Origin: a virus | Reading direction: 5' to 3' (one strand) | IMG/VR virus record: IMGVR_UViG_3300025133_000022 | Location: 64,001-128,000 of that record | Length of the DNA: 64,000 nt | Notes under the pieces: generated by a model | Databases searched by the model: none | What the model was told of the DNA's origin: nothing | What the model saw: only the letters and a program-made list of their open reading frames with translations | Shown: positions 62,958 through 64,000 of the stretch, in pieces | Layout: each line of letters opens with the position of its first letter | Numbering within the stretch: the stretch's first letter is position 1 | Made by a program: the position numbers and the translations under genes

Positions 62958-63421
62958 GTAACCAACAAGCGCTAGTGAAACGCCTGCTCGGAAACAACAA
63001 ACCTAAACCTACCAAAACAATTATTCCAGGTGGGCAAAACATCCTAGATGAAATCAGCCAAAGCATGCTTGAGCGCGCATTGTTAACCTATTTGCGACGT
63101 CATCGTTACTTTGAAAACTTTAAACTTTCTTTTGCTAAGGACCCAAAAGAATTAGATCTACAGGTTGAGAAAATCCAAAGTTTCCCTTATGACGGCAAGT
63201 ACGCCATTTGGGAATTGCCAGCTCAAGGCAAGAGATGGCTTGCTGAACAACTCGCAAAGATCCTAGTATCTCAAAAACTCGTATATATCGAAGCCCGATA
63301 TGACGGCCTATACGTAGCAACTGAAAAAGCCGAAACCAAATTTGGTCCCGGCACTGAGCAATGGGAACCTTTCTATGAAATGCTCCCAGCACGCATTAGT
63401 GAATACGCAATAGCACGATAA
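62921..63421 (+). CDS. Hypothetical protein
   Basis: GAGG RBS; ORF track. Confidence 0.6.
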   Translation: MAQTKTQMAGSVSNQQALVKRLLGNNKPKPTKTIIPGGQNILDEISQSMLERALLTYLRRHRYFENFKLSFAKDPKELDLQVEKIQSFPYDGKYAIWELPAQGKRWLAEQLAKILVSQKLVYIEARYDGLYVATEKAETKFGPGTEQWEPFYEMLPARISEYAIAR

Positions 63422-63425
63422 GTTT

Positions 63426-63453
63426 AAAAAGACCTCCTTTACGGAGGTCTTTT
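63426..63453. terminator. Bidirectional terminator between convergent genes
   Basis: AAAAA-GACCTCC-TTTAC-GGAGGTC-TTTT. Confidence 0.75.
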
Positions 63454-63670
63454 AAGTTAAGGGTTCTTCCTCAATAGACTCCACCCTAGACTCCAGTGAG
63501 CTAACTGTACTCCTGACATCTGCCATCTCAGTTTGTTGAATTGTTGTCAATTGATGCATTTGACTCATAGTCAAATAGTGCTCAGCTGCTACCAGCATAT
63601 CATTAATTGTTTCTTCAATCTTGGTCAGCCTAGCTAAAAGCCGATTGTATTGTTCGCTACTTACTGCCAT
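63452..63670 (-). CDS. Coiled-coil hypothetical protein
   Basis: GGAGGAG RBS on the - strand; MAVSSEQYNRL. Confidence 0.65.
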   Translation of the reverse strand: MAVSSEQYNRLLARLTKIEETINDMLVAAEHYLTMSQMHQLTTIQQTEMADVRSTVSSLESRVESIEEEPLT

Positions 63671-64000
63671 TGTTGCTCCTCCCAGTGTTGTTCCCAAAAC
63701 GCTAAAGCAGACATCCCTTTGTCATCTACATAAAGCTCAGCGCTAGGTTTCCCAAAATAAATTTCATCGAACTCAAAGCCCCAAGCCCCAAGCTGCTCAA
63801 ATGTAATTGCAGCCACCTTGGCTTGCGCTGCACCCACATTACCATGAGCACTACCCATGCCGCGAGCCGTTTGGATAATAACAGTATGTCCTTGCTTTCG
63901 CATACTGCTTAGTATGTTGGCCGCTCCAGGAAGCGGCTGACACCTGGTGTAATCTGTACCCGCAGGGCCAGGCACATCGCCATCACATAGCGTACCGTCT
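63661..64000 (-). CDS. HAD-family phosphatase (capsule-biosynthesis phosphatase-like), 5' truncated by the window
   Basis: ...DGTLC at the window edge (DxDGT); IIQTARGMG; FDEIYFGKP.A.LYVDDK. Confidence 0.8.
   Translation of the reverse strand, partial: DGTLCDGDVPGPAGTDYTRCQPLPGAANILSSMRKQGHTVIIQTARGMGSAHGNVGAAQAKVAAITFEQLGAWGFEFDEIYFGKPSAELYVDDKGMSALAFWEQHWEEQQWQ

Noticed and set aside
1-64000. Genome-wide TAG-to-Gln recoding (genetic code 15)
   Set aside because: Very long ORFs are intact under code 11 with no internal TAG, and several genes end in TAG just before the next start or a tRNA. Only one clear TAG-interrupted gene was found.

Overview
This window looks like part of a large (jumbo-type) bacteriophage genome. 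Almost all genes are on the + strand. It opens with a ~11 kb tRNA/ncRNA-rich region and continues with replication, recombination and nucleotide-metabolism genes: a split DnaE-type polymerase, primase-helicase, RecA, SSB, ThyX, GMP reductase-like, rIIA/rIIB, PhoH and Sir2. Two group I introns carry homing endonucleases, one in lon and one in dnaE. The strongest unexplained signal is a family of seven ~135-185 nt cassettes at 3788-6570. Their conserved, covarying flanks (ACCAY-N5-AATGCC...TACAYC|G ... ATCY...TTGT-N5'-ACC) enclose circularly permuted tRNA genes (3' half, short linker, 5' half) broken at different positions; one cassette encloses a non-tRNA multi-hairpin RNA. Other notable items: an amber-suppressor (CUA) tRNA next to a gene with an in-frame TAG; a complete E2-JAB-E1-Ubl ubiquitin-like operon; a Lon AAA+ module lacking its protease domain but ending in IGF, with two ClpP-like genes in the window; and dnaE split at the active site by three inverted genes. 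All family assignments are from motif recognition by eye; no database searches were run.
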